From assembly GCA_046758365.1 (NCBI GenBank), contig JBHIAC010000006.1:1-57376 (forward strand): 57,376 nt of DNA, read 5' to 3'. Both the position numbers and the translations under genes were made by a program. Below are positions 17,188 to 26,476 of this stretch, piece by piece (positions within the stretch are counted from its first letter, which is position 1; the number at the start of each line of letters is the position of its first letter). Origin of the DNA: a bacterium (lineage in GTDB: Bacteria; Zhuqueibacterota; Zhuqueibacteria; Oceanimicrobiales; Oceanimicrobiaceae). The notes beneath the pieces were generated by a model. That model did no database searches. It worked only from the letters and a program-made list of their open reading frames with translations, and was not told where the DNA came from.

Positions 17188-20100
17188 CTATTTTGTCTTC
17201 GAAAGTGTCTCATAATATTTCTCCACCAACTCCTTATATTCCGCTGGAATTTTCTCTTCCCGCGCTAAAAACAATTTCTCTTTGTTTTTCAATAATTCCA
17301 ACTTTTGGGCTAGCTCGGCTTCCAAATTTTTGAGGGGAACCAGAATCTTATCTTCAATTAATTGTAGTTTCTCGGGGTTGCCACTAATAAAATTTCGATA
17401 TACATCCTGGAAATCCTGATTAATCTTCGCCAATTCTCTGGTCAGAGAGGAATCCGATTGAATCGTCTCTCGAATAAATTCCAAATCCTTTAATCCTTGG
17501 GCCAGCTCTTCGTTCCACTTCTCAAACTGATTAAGATTTTGTGGAGGCGGCCCTGATTCTCCGGGACCCGCCTGGACATTTTGTTTACCCTCTCCACCCA
17601 TTTGTTGCTCTCCCTTAAGTTCTCTCTTTTCTCCCGGCTGGTTCAAATTATGGAATTGCCTTTGAAGCGATTCTAAGTTCTCTCTAATCTTTTGGGTTTG
17701 ATTGAGAGCTAAATCCATCTTTTCTTCTTCTGTTTCCGCAAATTCTCCTTGAAGTTTCCTCAGCTTTTCACTAAGTCTATTCAGTATTGTTTGGATATCC
17801 CGTTCCGCCTGTAAAGCGGAATTCAACCTATTTTCTTCCAAAAGCTTTTGGGCGTTCTCCATTTTCTTATCGATATTAGTTCCCGCTATTTCACGGGATA
17901 ATTTCTTCAGATCGCGAGAGACCTTTTTCTTAACTTTTTGCACCTTCGTTGATAAGAATTGTAAATCTGACTGGGCCTTGAAGAGCTCTTTTTTTAGCCG
18001 CGCTTGCTCTTCTTGGACAGATTGCAGCTTTTTATCATAGTTCTCTTTTTCATCCGTCAACTTTTCAACTTCTTTAGTAAGCTCTTTTTGTGCTTCCGTC
18101 AACCTCTGAAAATTCTGCGCCAAAGATTCGAATTGCTGCCTCAGAGACTCGTTCTGATTTCGGTGCAAATTTTCTTCCAGGCGTTTTAAATTGTTCAATG
18201 CACGCCTTCCTTTAGCCGCAGCCAAATCTGTGTTTTCATACCTGAGATTGTTGGAAGCATTTCTCATTTCAGAGGATGCCTGTCTTAAATTCTCTTGAAT
18301 TTCTCTGGATATTTGAGAACCCTGCCGACGCAAATCCATCATCTGACGAGTTAATTCTTGCGTTTCACGTTGGAGCTGCTCTTGCTGACGACGCAGTTCC
18401 TCAATTCGACGCTTTTTCTCATTAGGGGTCATTTCTTTTCGTGCCAGGGTGCGGAGCTGTTGGTTAAACTGCTGCTGGCGCCGCGCTAATTCCTTTACTT
18501 TTTCAAAGGCTTCATTTATTTCTTTATTTTGTTGACGATGTTGGTTCTGACGCAGGGTTTCATATTTATTTTTAAGCTTATCTACTTCGTCTTCAAATAG
18601 CTGGGTCAGCTCCTCTAAAGTGGCATCTCCGGCAACTCCTTGAGTTTGTGCCCTCTGTATTTGGAACTCTTTTATTTGAGCTTCGGCCCGCAACAAATTC
18701 TGAAAAGCTTCCCGCTCCGGCGTCAATGCATCTTTTAACTGCTTTCTCTCTAGTTCATTTAAAGCTTGTTCCATGGATTGCACAGCATTAGAATAATAGT
18801 TTGCAATGTCATCACTAGATTTCTTGGTAAAAAGCGATCGTTGTTCCATTTGAAAAAGAACGCTTTGAGTAACCTCTTTCAGATTCCTCTGGCTTTCAAC
18901 TAAAATGTCAGTGCTCTCGGTCATTTCATCTGCCGTAAGCTTCTTCTTTTTTCGATCCAATTTCCAGGTGGCCACGATAATTTCCTTCTGAGTTTCGGAT
19001 AGCCGTCCACCAAATCCACCACCGCCTGCCATGGCACCTTGAGAAAGAGGACGGGAATACTCCCGTTCAAATGGCCGAATTTCAATAAAAAAAATATCTG
19101 AAGATGCTGTTTCAACAGTCTCTGAAGAATGGTTATCAGTGGTCTGCAGGTGGTAGGTTAAAAAGTCTCCAGGCTGCACGTCAAAATCTTCTAAATAAAA
19201 TAGGTGATCTGCCGTAAATTCCAGAACATCATTCCAAGTTGATTCTCGCTGTTTTTTGGAAGAAATTTTAGTGCTCAGATTGACTACTTTTTCTTTTCCT
19301 CCATTTACTGTATAAAACAGTTGCAAAGAAGCCAAACCAAAATCGTCCTGAACTCGTACTTTTACCGGTACTTCTTCAACCATTGAAGCTTTGCTGTCAT
19401 GACCTGGTTTTTCTACCGTTAAAATGGGAGGCTGGTCAGGAAGAGCATGGACGTAGTATTCTGGCGGTGGATCGTTGGAAAGATTATCTTTATCTGTGAT
19501 ACGAATTTTATAGTAGGTATCTTGCATAATCGTAAAGGAAGCAGTCAGCACGGTATCTGAAGAAATAATCGTTCTTAGCTTGGGGCCGTCTCCCACCACA
19601 ACCTCTCCTGATTGAAGCTTTTTGTTGGATACAGCCTTTATTTTTACAACTGTCCCTTCGGGAGCCCAGACATCTCCGGAATCAAATTCATGCTTTGGTT
19701 TGAGTCCCGTGTACTCAGGATAGATGTAAGTTAAATCCACTCGTTTGATGTTGGGGGCATCGTAAACGCTGAAAGTAAAAATCTCAGAAAGTAATTCATC
19801 CGTTTTTACGTAATATTTAGTTTTGGACTGTAGATCAAAAAAGTTGAAAACATAAATACCTTTCTGCTCTGTTCTATCCATCTCCCTTTTATCCCAAGTT
19901 GTATCGTTGATAGTGAAATAAAGAATAACAGATTCTGCGTCAAAGCCAGCAAGTTCTGCTCTGATTTCCTGAGCCGAGCCTTTAGGCACGCGGGCGTTTC
20001 CGGGTGTAACAATCAATTGGGATTGATGAATTATGTTAGGAAGTTTCCAGGGTGTAAAAATTCGATTCGAGTTTGAAACAAATTGATCCAAATGGGAAAG

Positions 20101-20595
20101 AATAATCGAGCCCAAAAAAACACTGACTGCAAGTGCCAGAGTGCCCCAAAGCATAGCAGCTCTTGCACGGACCGTTTTGGGCAAATTTAGGGTTTGGATA
20201 TGAAAACGAGTGTCATCTAAAAGCTTTTCGAGAAGGTGTGACGATATTCTTGGATTTTCCTCCCCACCCAATTCTACGGCAGTGACCAAGCGGTCTTCCA
20301 AATCTGGATATTTCTCCTCAACGTATCTAGCCAGTTGTGTCTGGGAGGGCGCCTTCATCAGTGGACGAACGATTGTGTAAAAGATTGAGGTCAATATTAC
20401 CGCAGAAATAAAAATCAGTAGCATCAGTCGGATTGATTGATTTAGATCAAAAAATGAATCTAGTGTGAAGGCTAACAAAAATGCCCCGATTCCACTGAGC
20501 AGGGCTATGGCCATGCCCTTAAATAATATCATTCTTTTCCAACGGCAATAGACCTGCTTGATTTGATCTTTCAGGTTTTTATATTGTATTTGCAT
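17188..20595 (-). CDS. large membrane-anchored coiled-coil protein (DUF4175-like)
   Basis: N-terminal TMs, RLVTAVE, YPEYTG, DQPP...DDFGL, long Q/E/K-rich coiled coil, C-terminal PAEYKELVEKYY; ORF open to 20682. Confidence 0.78.
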   Translation of the reverse strand: MQIQYKNLKDQIKQVYCRWKRMILFKGMAIALLSGIGAFLLAFTLDSFFDLNQSIRLMLLIFISAVILTSIFYTIVRPLMKAPSQTQLARYVEEKYPDLEDRLVTAVELGGEENPRISSHLLEKLLDDTRFHIQTLNLPKTVRARAAMLWGTLALAVSVFLGSIILSHLDQFVSNSNRIFTPWKLPNIIHQSQLIVTPGNARVPKGSAQEIRAELAGFDAESVILYFTINDTTWDKREMDRTEQKGIYVFNFFDLQSKTKYYVKTDELLSEIFTFSVYDAPNIKRVDLTYIYPEYTGLKPKHEFDSGDVWAPEGTVVKIKAVSNKKLQSGEVVVGDGPKLRTIISSDTVLTASFTIMQDTYYKIRITDKDNLSNDPPPEYYVHALPDQPPILTVEKPGHDSKASMVEEVPVKVRVQDDFGLASLQLFYTVNGGKEKVVNLSTKISSKKQRESTWNDVLEFTADHLFYLEDFDVQPGDFLTYHLQTTDNHSSETVETASSDIFFIEIRPFEREYSRPLSQGAMAGGGGFGGRLSETQKEIIVATWKLDRKKKKLTADEMTESTDILVESQRNLKEVTQSVLFQMEQRSLFTKKSSDDIANYYSNAVQSMEQALNELERKQLKDALTPEREAFQNLLRAEAQIKEFQIQRAQTQGVAGDATLEELTQLFEDEVDKLKNKYETLRQNQHRQQNKEINEAFEKVKELARRQQQFNQQLRTLARKEMTPNEKKRRIEELRRQQEQLQRETQELTRQMMDLRRQGSQISREIQENLRQASSEMRNASNNLRYENTDLAAAKGRRALNNLKRLEENLHRNQNESLRQQFESLAQNFQRLTEAQKELTKEVEKLTDEKENYDKKLQSVQEEQARLKKELFKAQSDLQFLSTKVQKVKKKVSRDLKKLSREIAGTNIDKKMENAQKLLEENRLNSALQAERDIQTILNRLSEKLRKLQGEFAETEEEKMDLALNQTQKIRENLESLQRQFHNLNQPGEKRELKGEQQMGGEGKQNVQAGPGESGPPPQNLNQFEKWNEELAQGLKDLEFIRETIQSDSSLTRELAKINQDFQDVYRNFISGNPEKLQLIEDKILVPLKNLEAELAQKLELLKNKEKLFLAREEKIPAEYKELVEKYYETLSKTK

Positions 20596-20654
20596 ATCTA
20601 ATTTTAAATATTGAAATAAAGGATTTTGGATCTTTAATGTAAAAAAAACATCTT

Positions 20655-22733
20655 TTATCGATAAGTGCGGTTGGCCAACCACGTTTCTCCAACTAATATC
20701 AATATTACGCCCAAAATAGCAAATCGCCAGAGCTTTTGACGCCTTTCCAGTTTATCGCTAATTGCAGTCGCAGTTATCGAAGCTACTTGCTCAGTTTCTC
20801 CAGATGTGTCCACAAACTTTTCTTTTATCTTTTCTGGGTCAATTGGGGTTAAATCTGATTCTTTTGAATCTATGTTGACAGCAAAATAACCCGCAGATTG
20901 CTTTCGGTTACCTCTACGAATTAGATAAATTCCTGGTTCTTCAGTTTGTTCAAATATATTACTTTTGACTGCTATTTTTTCTCCAGATGGCACCTGAACA
21001 AAAAGCTTTTCTTTTCCTGATCGATTCCAACGATCCAATCCAAGCGGTACAGGCTGTCCTACCAGAAAGGACTTCTGACCTTTTTTCTCGGCTGCTACGT
21101 ACTGAATTATTTGATAGAGCATTGGAAGAAAGATTGCTTTCACGGGTAAGTTATTCCACTCTGTGTCAAGACTGGAGGTGATGAGCACTACTTTTCCTGC
21201 ACCTACTTTACGTTCCAAGATAGCAGGACTCCCATCATCAAAACGAGCCACAACTGATTCAGAGTTGATGGGCTCGGTGTGAAAATACTGGTAGAACTGG
21301 GCTGTACTGGGGTCACCTTGATTGGGTTCTGAAAAAGGCCGAAAAATAGGATGTTGGTAATCTACCTCGGCTAAAATTGAACCATATTCGCGATTCAAGG
21401 AACTAAAAGCTAAATTTGTCAAGTTCGCCGGTGTGAGGTCACGAAACAGTCGGTTAAAAATGGTGGGATTCACCCGGTCACCCAGGGCAACAATCAAACC
21501 ACCCCCACCTCGTACATAATAATTAAGTCGTTCCAATGTTTCTCTTCCAACATCTTTAATATTGGTCAAAAGTACAACCCTAAAGTCGTCAAGATCGTAA
21601 TTGTTCAAACTTTTTGGATTGGATTTGATAAGTTTGTATTTTGCTAAGTTGGGTAGATTCACTGCTCTTTCCACAAAAAACAATTCATCCTTTGTAGCAT
21701 CTCGTGTGTCTGGCTCACCATTGACCGCTAAAATTAGGGACTTAGACTTCTTTTCGAAAACAAAAAAGTACTGGTTATCTAAGTTTATTTTATCATTTTG
21801 AGATTGTACTTTTACATACCCGGCGCTTGTTGTCTTTGGGAATCTCACCTTTCTAAATTGAACAATTTTTTCTTCACCTGCTGGTATCATCGCATATCGC
21901 TCGGCGATTTTCTTTTTATTTATGTACAGAAAAACTTTGCTTTTACTTGTTTCATTTCCAAAATTGTTCACTCGAACGAGAATATCCCCCTTTCTCTGCT
22001 TTTCATCATCTCCTGAAATTCGTAAATCTGTTACCACAACGTTAGAAAAATCATCTGTACCAACGGGAATACAGTTCAAGCCAATACCCGATTGAACTTT
22101 CCAATGAGAGTAAAATTTGTCCCAACCGCTCTTTTGAAAGTCGGAAATCAGATATATGGTTTTCCCCTCAAAAGGAGACTCTAAAAGTACAGCTTCGGCT
22201 GCTTGGATTCCTCCCAAATAATTAGTACTGCGATGGGAAAGCTTCAATCGTTCGTTAAGAAGGCTACCTAAAGCTTTAAAATTACCCTTTGTTTCGGCTA
22301 TTATCTTTGCTGATTCTGAGAACTGCATCACCACAACTTGGTCACCTGGTGTGAAGGTGTTTAAAAGCTTTCTTGCTTCTTCTATGGCTGTTTGAAAATG
22401 ATTTTCATACGCCATACTAAATGAATTGTCCACCAATATAACAGCGGATTCTTTTTGATCGAGCCATAGGCTATGGTTTCCCACGTTCTTTAAATATGGA
22501 CGGGCAAACGCTAAGGCTAAAATAGCCATTGCAGTAATTCGCATGAGCAGTAAAAGAATTTGCTTGAGCCTCTGAGAACGGATTCTCTGGTGGGGTTCCA
22601 TTTGTAAGAATCGTATAGCGGCAAAAGGCAGCTTGATCGCACGATTTCGTTTAATTAGATGAATGATTATTGGAACCGAAGCCACAGCCAGACCCCAAAG
22701 GAAAAATGGATTTAAAAACGATAGGCCAAACAT
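20655..22733 (-). CDS. BatA-domain / VWA-domain membrane protein
   Basis: FLNP...PIIIHL, LLLLMR...FARP, MIDAS DNSFSM and ISDFQ, C-terminal TM. Confidence 0.85.
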   Translation of the reverse strand: MFGLSFLNPFFLWGLAVASVPIIIHLIKRNRAIKLPFAAIRFLQMEPHQRIRSQRLKQILLLLMRITAMAILALAFARPYLKNVGNHSLWLDQKESAVILVDNSFSMAYENHFQTAIEEARKLLNTFTPGDQVVVMQFSESAKIIAETKGNFKALGSLLNERLKLSHRSTNYLGGIQAAEAVLLESPFEGKTIYLISDFQKSGWDKFYSHWKVQSGIGLNCIPVGTDDFSNVVVTDLRISGDDEKQRKGDILVRVNNFGNETSKSKVFLYINKKKIAERYAMIPAGEEKIVQFRKVRFPKTTSAGYVKVQSQNDKINLDNQYFFVFEKKSKSLILAVNGEPDTRDATKDELFFVERAVNLPNLAKYKLIKSNPKSLNNYDLDDFRVVLLTNIKDVGRETLERLNYYVRGGGGLIVALGDRVNPTIFNRLFRDLTPANLTNLAFSSLNREYGSILAEVDYQHPIFRPFSEPNQGDPSTAQFYQYFHTEPINSESVVARFDDGSPAILERKVGAGKVVLITSSLDTEWNNLPVKAIFLPMLYQIIQYVAAEKKGQKSFLVGQPVPLGLDRWNRSGKEKLFVQVPSGEKIAVKSNIFEQTEEPGIYLIRRGNRKQSAGYFAVNIDSKESDLTPIDPEKIKEKFVDTSGETEQVASITATAISDKLERRQKLWRFAILGVILILVGETWLANRTYR

Positions 22734-22820
22734 TTTCTTAAAAAACAATTTTCAAAATTAGAACATTTTTTAAAACAACTGAATTTACTTTATTTAAGTT
22801 CCAAGATAACAATTTTGAGT

Positions 22821-23714
22821 TTATCCCTTACGGCTTCGAAGTGCAAGATAGCTGAAAAGGGCAAAGTCCAATGGTTTAGAAGTATTTAATAAATGGTAAT
22901 CAACTTTCTGTCTACCGCACCCTTTATTTAATTGTTCTATATGGTTTTCCAAATTTTTCAAATAGGTCTCCCTTACCAGGGGTGGAATGCTCATAATTTG
23001 TGTTGTACCCTCCAGGTCCAGAAATTTGGTGGCATTTTTAAACGGAAAAGTCAACTCGGCTTCATCCAAGATATGAAATAAAATTACATCATGACCCTGA
23101 TATCTAAAGTGCTGCAGCCCTTTCAAAACCGATGAAGGATTATCAAGCAAATCGGAAATTAAAATAATCATACCTTTTTTATTAATACTCTCAGCCATCT
23201 GGTGCAGGGGTAACGAAATATCAGTTTGTTTTCCTACTTTAATTTTCTCAAGAATTCGTAATATTGAAAGCAGATCTCCTTTTTTGTTGCGTGCCGGAAT
23301 AAGCTGCTTAATCTCTTGGTCAAAAGTAACCAGACCCACACCATCTCGCTGTTGAAAAATCAGATAGCTCAAAGAGGCCGCCAAATAAGAACCATATTCT
23401 AACTTGGTGATTCCATTGCTACCATAATTCATGGAAGCGCTGATATCCAACAAAATATGGCAGTTAAGATTGGTTTCCTCTTCAAATTCCTTAACGTAGT
23501 ATCTATCTAAACGGGCATAAACTTTCCAATCAATAAATCGGATGTCATCTCCAGGGGTGTATTGACGGTATTCGGCAAATTCAACACTAAACCCGCGATA
23601 GGGACTGCGATGAAGCCCGGAAATAAATCCTTCCACGACGGTACGAGCTCGAAGTTCCATACTAGAGATTTTGGAAAGAATTTTGGGATCTAAGAATCGT
23701 AGTTGATTTGCCAT
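22821..23714 (-). CDS. DUF58 family protein (VWA-like MoxR partner)
   Basis: GLHRS, GFSVEFAEYRQYTPGDDIRFIDWK, DISASM. Confidence 0.92.
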   Translation of the reverse strand: MANQLRFLDPKILSKISSMELRARTVVEGFISGLHRSPYRGFSVEFAEYRQYTPGDDIRFIDWKVYARLDRYYVKEFEEETNLNCHILLDISASMNYGSNGITKLEYGSYLAASLSYLIFQQRDGVGLVTFDQEIKQLIPARNKKGDLLSILRILEKIKVGKQTDISLPLHQMAESINKKGMIILISDLLDNPSSVLKGLQHFRYQGHDVILFHILDEAELTFPFKNATKFLDLEGTTQIMSIPPLVRETYLKNLENHIEQLNKGCGRQKVDYHLLNTSKPLDFALFSYLALRSRKG

Positions 23715-23746
23715 AGGTATTAATAATTTGACAGTTAATTATTTTT

Positions 23747-23852
23747 GAGTGAACTGCAAAAAGGTGATTGATCCAAAAGCTGACCTTCTTAACTGATGAA
23801 AACCAATATTTTGATAAAAATTAAGAGAAGGTCAGCTTTTTGCAGTATACTC
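23747..23852. mobile_element. MITE-like element with terminal inverted repeats and 6-bp flanking direct repeat
   Basis: gagtgaactgcaaaaag / ctttttgcagtatactc (15/17 match); internal inverted repeat aaaagctgaccttct / agaaggtcagctttt; ATTTTT on both flanks. Confidence 0.65.
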
Positions 23853-23877
23853 ATTTTTGATTTATAGAACATTGAAA

Positions 23878-24906
23878 TCAAAGACCTGATTTGGGTTCCT
23901 GAACTGTTTCCAGAAGCCTGTTAATAATATCTACAGAAGTGATTTTTTCGGATTCGGCATAAAAGTTAGTTAGAATCCTATGACGCAGCACGGGTAGGGC
24001 CAACGCTTTTATGTCCTTCATAGAAACGTTGTACCTTCCTTCTAAAATTGCCCGAGCTTTGCCGCCTAAGATGAAATATTGCGAAGCCCTTAGACCCGCC
24101 CCCCAACTGACCCAGTTTTTCACAAAATCTGGTGCATTTTTGTTTTTAGGTCGGCTGGCACTCACCAGACGCACCGCATATTGAGCTACTTGCTGAGAGA
24201 GGGGAACTTTGCGCACTACTTTTTGAAATTCCACCAATTCTTGACCTGTAATGACTAACTGAAATTCAGGAACATAATTTGAGGTGGTAGAGGTTACAAC
24301 TTCAACTTCCTGATCTTCAGGAAGATAATCCATTACAATATTGAACATAAAGCGGTCCAACTGAGCCTCTGGCAGCGGATAAGTACCTTCAAGTTCGATG
24401 GGATTTTGAGTTGCTAAAACAAAGAATGGTTCTTCAAGGTTGTAAGTAGTACCTCCGGCCGTAACCCGATGTTCTTGCATGGCTTCTAACAAGGCTGCTT
24501 GTGTTTTTGGGGGTGTGCGGTTGATTTCGTCGGCCAAAATAATATTGGCAAAAATCGGACCCCTAATAAATTTGAGCATGCGATGCCCCTTCGTTCTGTC
24601 TTCCTCAATTATATCTGTGCCGATAATATCCGCAGGCATCAGATCCGGGGTGAATTGAATCCTTTTAAATCTTAAATCCATAATCTGGGCGATTGTTTTA
24701 ATTAGCAAAGTCTTTGCCAGACCCGGTACGCCAGTAATTAGGCAGTGTCCACCTGTGTAAAGTGCAATCAAGACTTGATCAATAACCTCGTCTTGCCCTA
24801 CAATGATTTTGCGCAGTTCACGTATTATTTTTTTGCTACCTTCTCTTAATTTCTCTACTAATACGAGGTCTTCTTGTTCGTTGGTTTTAGAGGCAATTTC
24901 TAACAT
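23878..24906 (-). CDS. moxR: MoxR family AAA+ ATPase
   Basis: GVPGLAKT, RIQFTPDLMPAD, LADEINR, ATQNPIE, YPLPEAQLDRF. Confidence 0.95.
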   Translation of the reverse strand: MLEIASKTNEQEDLVLVEKLREGSKKIIRELRKIIVGQDEVIDQVLIALYTGGHCLITGVPGLAKTLLIKTIAQIMDLRFKRIQFTPDLMPADIIGTDIIEEDRTKGHRMLKFIRGPIFANIILADEINRTPPKTQAALLEAMQEHRVTAGGTTYNLEEPFFVLATQNPIELEGTYPLPEAQLDRFMFNIVMDYLPEDQEVEVVTSTTSNYVPEFQLVITGQELVEFQKVVRKVPLSQQVAQYAVRLVSASRPKNKNAPDFVKNWVSWGAGLRASQYFILGGKARAILEGRYNVSMKDIKALALPVLRHRILTNFYAESEKITSVDIINRLLETVQEPKSGL

Positions 24907-24925
24907 AGTTTTCTCATAAATTCAA

Positions 24926-25699
24926 TTAATGTGTTAACGCGTAAATTATAAAATTAATCCCCATCTTGAATGCAACCACTGAATACTCAGTAGGATAGCG
25001 GGCATCGGTGGCGTGTTCCCAGGCATCGCCAAGGTCCATGTTGCGCATGATCAAAACCATGAGGCGGTCCTCATCATCAAATATACCCATACAGTGGGGT
25101 ATGAGGCCCCCTTTTTCATAGGTTACCCCCCTTAACCAGGACCCCAGACCGGGTATTTGTATGAGATCGTCAAATTCATAATAGCAATGAAAAACAGGAT
25201 GCTCTACTGGAATATCCACAATGGGGCGTTCGGGGAAAATCTTCTTTATTTGCTTTACAAAATGATGCCATTCATAAGGCCCGTGGAAATCATCCACCAT
25301 TAAAAATCCACCTCGCAATAACCACTCTCTAAGAGAATCGGCCTCGGTCTGAGTCAATTCCATATAGCCCACCTCCACCATATAGGCAAATGGATAACCA
25401 AAATATTCTGGTTCATTTAAGGACAAAGATACAGCTTGCTCAGCCATATGCAGGGTGGTTTCTTTTTTTAGGATTTCAATTAAGTTTTCATCCGCTGTTG
25501 GATAATCGACCGCCCAGAATGACATTCGAGAACCAAAAGGATTTCGAAGTTTAAAATTTGGTCCTCCAGAAGTGTATTTAATTCTTACAAAAGTAAAATC
25601 ATCCCCATTGACGCCTTGTGCCAACGATTTATAAACAAAGCAATTAGCTAAGAGTAAGAATAAAATTAGATATTTAGACTTTAGGTAAAAGATTTTCAT
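24926..25699 (-). CDS. exported DUF4159-family protein
   Basis: Signal peptide, FTFVRIKY, DYP, LLRGGFLMVDDFHG, DLGDAWE, GINFIIYALTH. Confidence 0.85.
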   Translation of the reverse strand: MKIFYLKSKYLILFLLLANCFVYKSLAQGVNGDDFTFVRIKYTSGGPNFKLRNPFGSRMSFWAVDYPTADENLIEILKKETTLHMAEQAVSLSLNEPEYFGYPFAYMVEVGYMELTQTEADSLREWLLRGGFLMVDDFHGPYEWHHFVKQIKKIFPERPIVDIPVEHPVFHCYYEFDDLIQIPGLGSWLRGVTYEKGGLIPHCMGIFDDEDRLMVLIMRNMDLGDAWEHATDARYPTEYSVVAFKMGINFIIYALTH

Positions 25700-25705
25700 T
25701 TCAAA

Positions 25706-26440
25706 TTAATGAGTAAGCGAATAAATTAAGTAGTTTATACCAATTTTGAACGCCTCAGTGGAAAATACCTTATACTCATGTCGAGGATCATTAGGCCACT
25801 CCCAGCCGTCCCCCACATCGTTGTTAAAATTAATAATCACCATCATCCGATCATTTTCATCAAAAATTGCATAATATTCAGGCGGCCATGGTAAATATGG
25901 TGTAGGTTGATAGATGTCTTTTAAGTCGAAAAAGCAATGGAATAATGGATGGTTCAAATTAAGTTTTTTCATGGAGTACTCGGGTAAAACTTTTCGAATT
26001 TCCCGAATCCAGTTTTGCATTTCAAAAAAACCACGGAAATCATCCACCATCAATACTCCACCTCGTAAAAGATACTCCCTCAGCTTAGCCACTTCTTTTT
26101 CTGATAAGGTCAGATAACCAATTTCACATGCATAAATAAAAGGATACTTAAATATTTCATCGTCATCAAAAGTCAAAACTTTGTAATTTTCAGAAATTTT
26201 AATAGAAGTTAAAGCTTTAAGGACTGTATATAAATTTTTTTCGGCCGTTGGATAGTCATGTGCCCAGAGAGGAGCATTGGTAGAAAATCCATAGCCGTAG
26301 CGAATTCCGTTATCCATCCACTGAATCCGAACAAAAGTGAATTCGTCCCCATCGGGAAGTTGGGCTGCTGCATTTTCAAGAAAGGCGCCCAATTGTAAAA
26401 GGGATAAAGTTATTATATAAATTTTTGATATTATGTTCAT
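25706..26440 (-). CDS. exported DUF4159-family protein (paralog)
   Basis: Signal peptide, FTFVRIQW, DYP, LLRGGVLMVDDFRG, DVGDGWE, GINYLIYSLTH. Confidence 0.85.
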   Translation of the reverse strand: MNIISKIYIITLSLLQLGAFLENAAAQLPDGDEFTFVRIQWMDNGIRYGYGFSTNAPLWAHDYPTAEKNLYTVLKALTSIKISENYKVLTFDDDEIFKYPFIYACEIGYLTLSEKEVAKLREYLLRGGVLMVDDFRGFFEMQNWIREIRKVLPEYSMKKLNLNHPLFHCFFDLKDIYQPTPYLPWPPEYYAIFDENDRMMVIINFNNDVGDGWEWPNDPRHEYKVFSTEAFKIGINYLIYSLTH

Positions 26441-26476
26441 GCTCAGCTTTTAAGGATTAACTAAAATATAAATATC

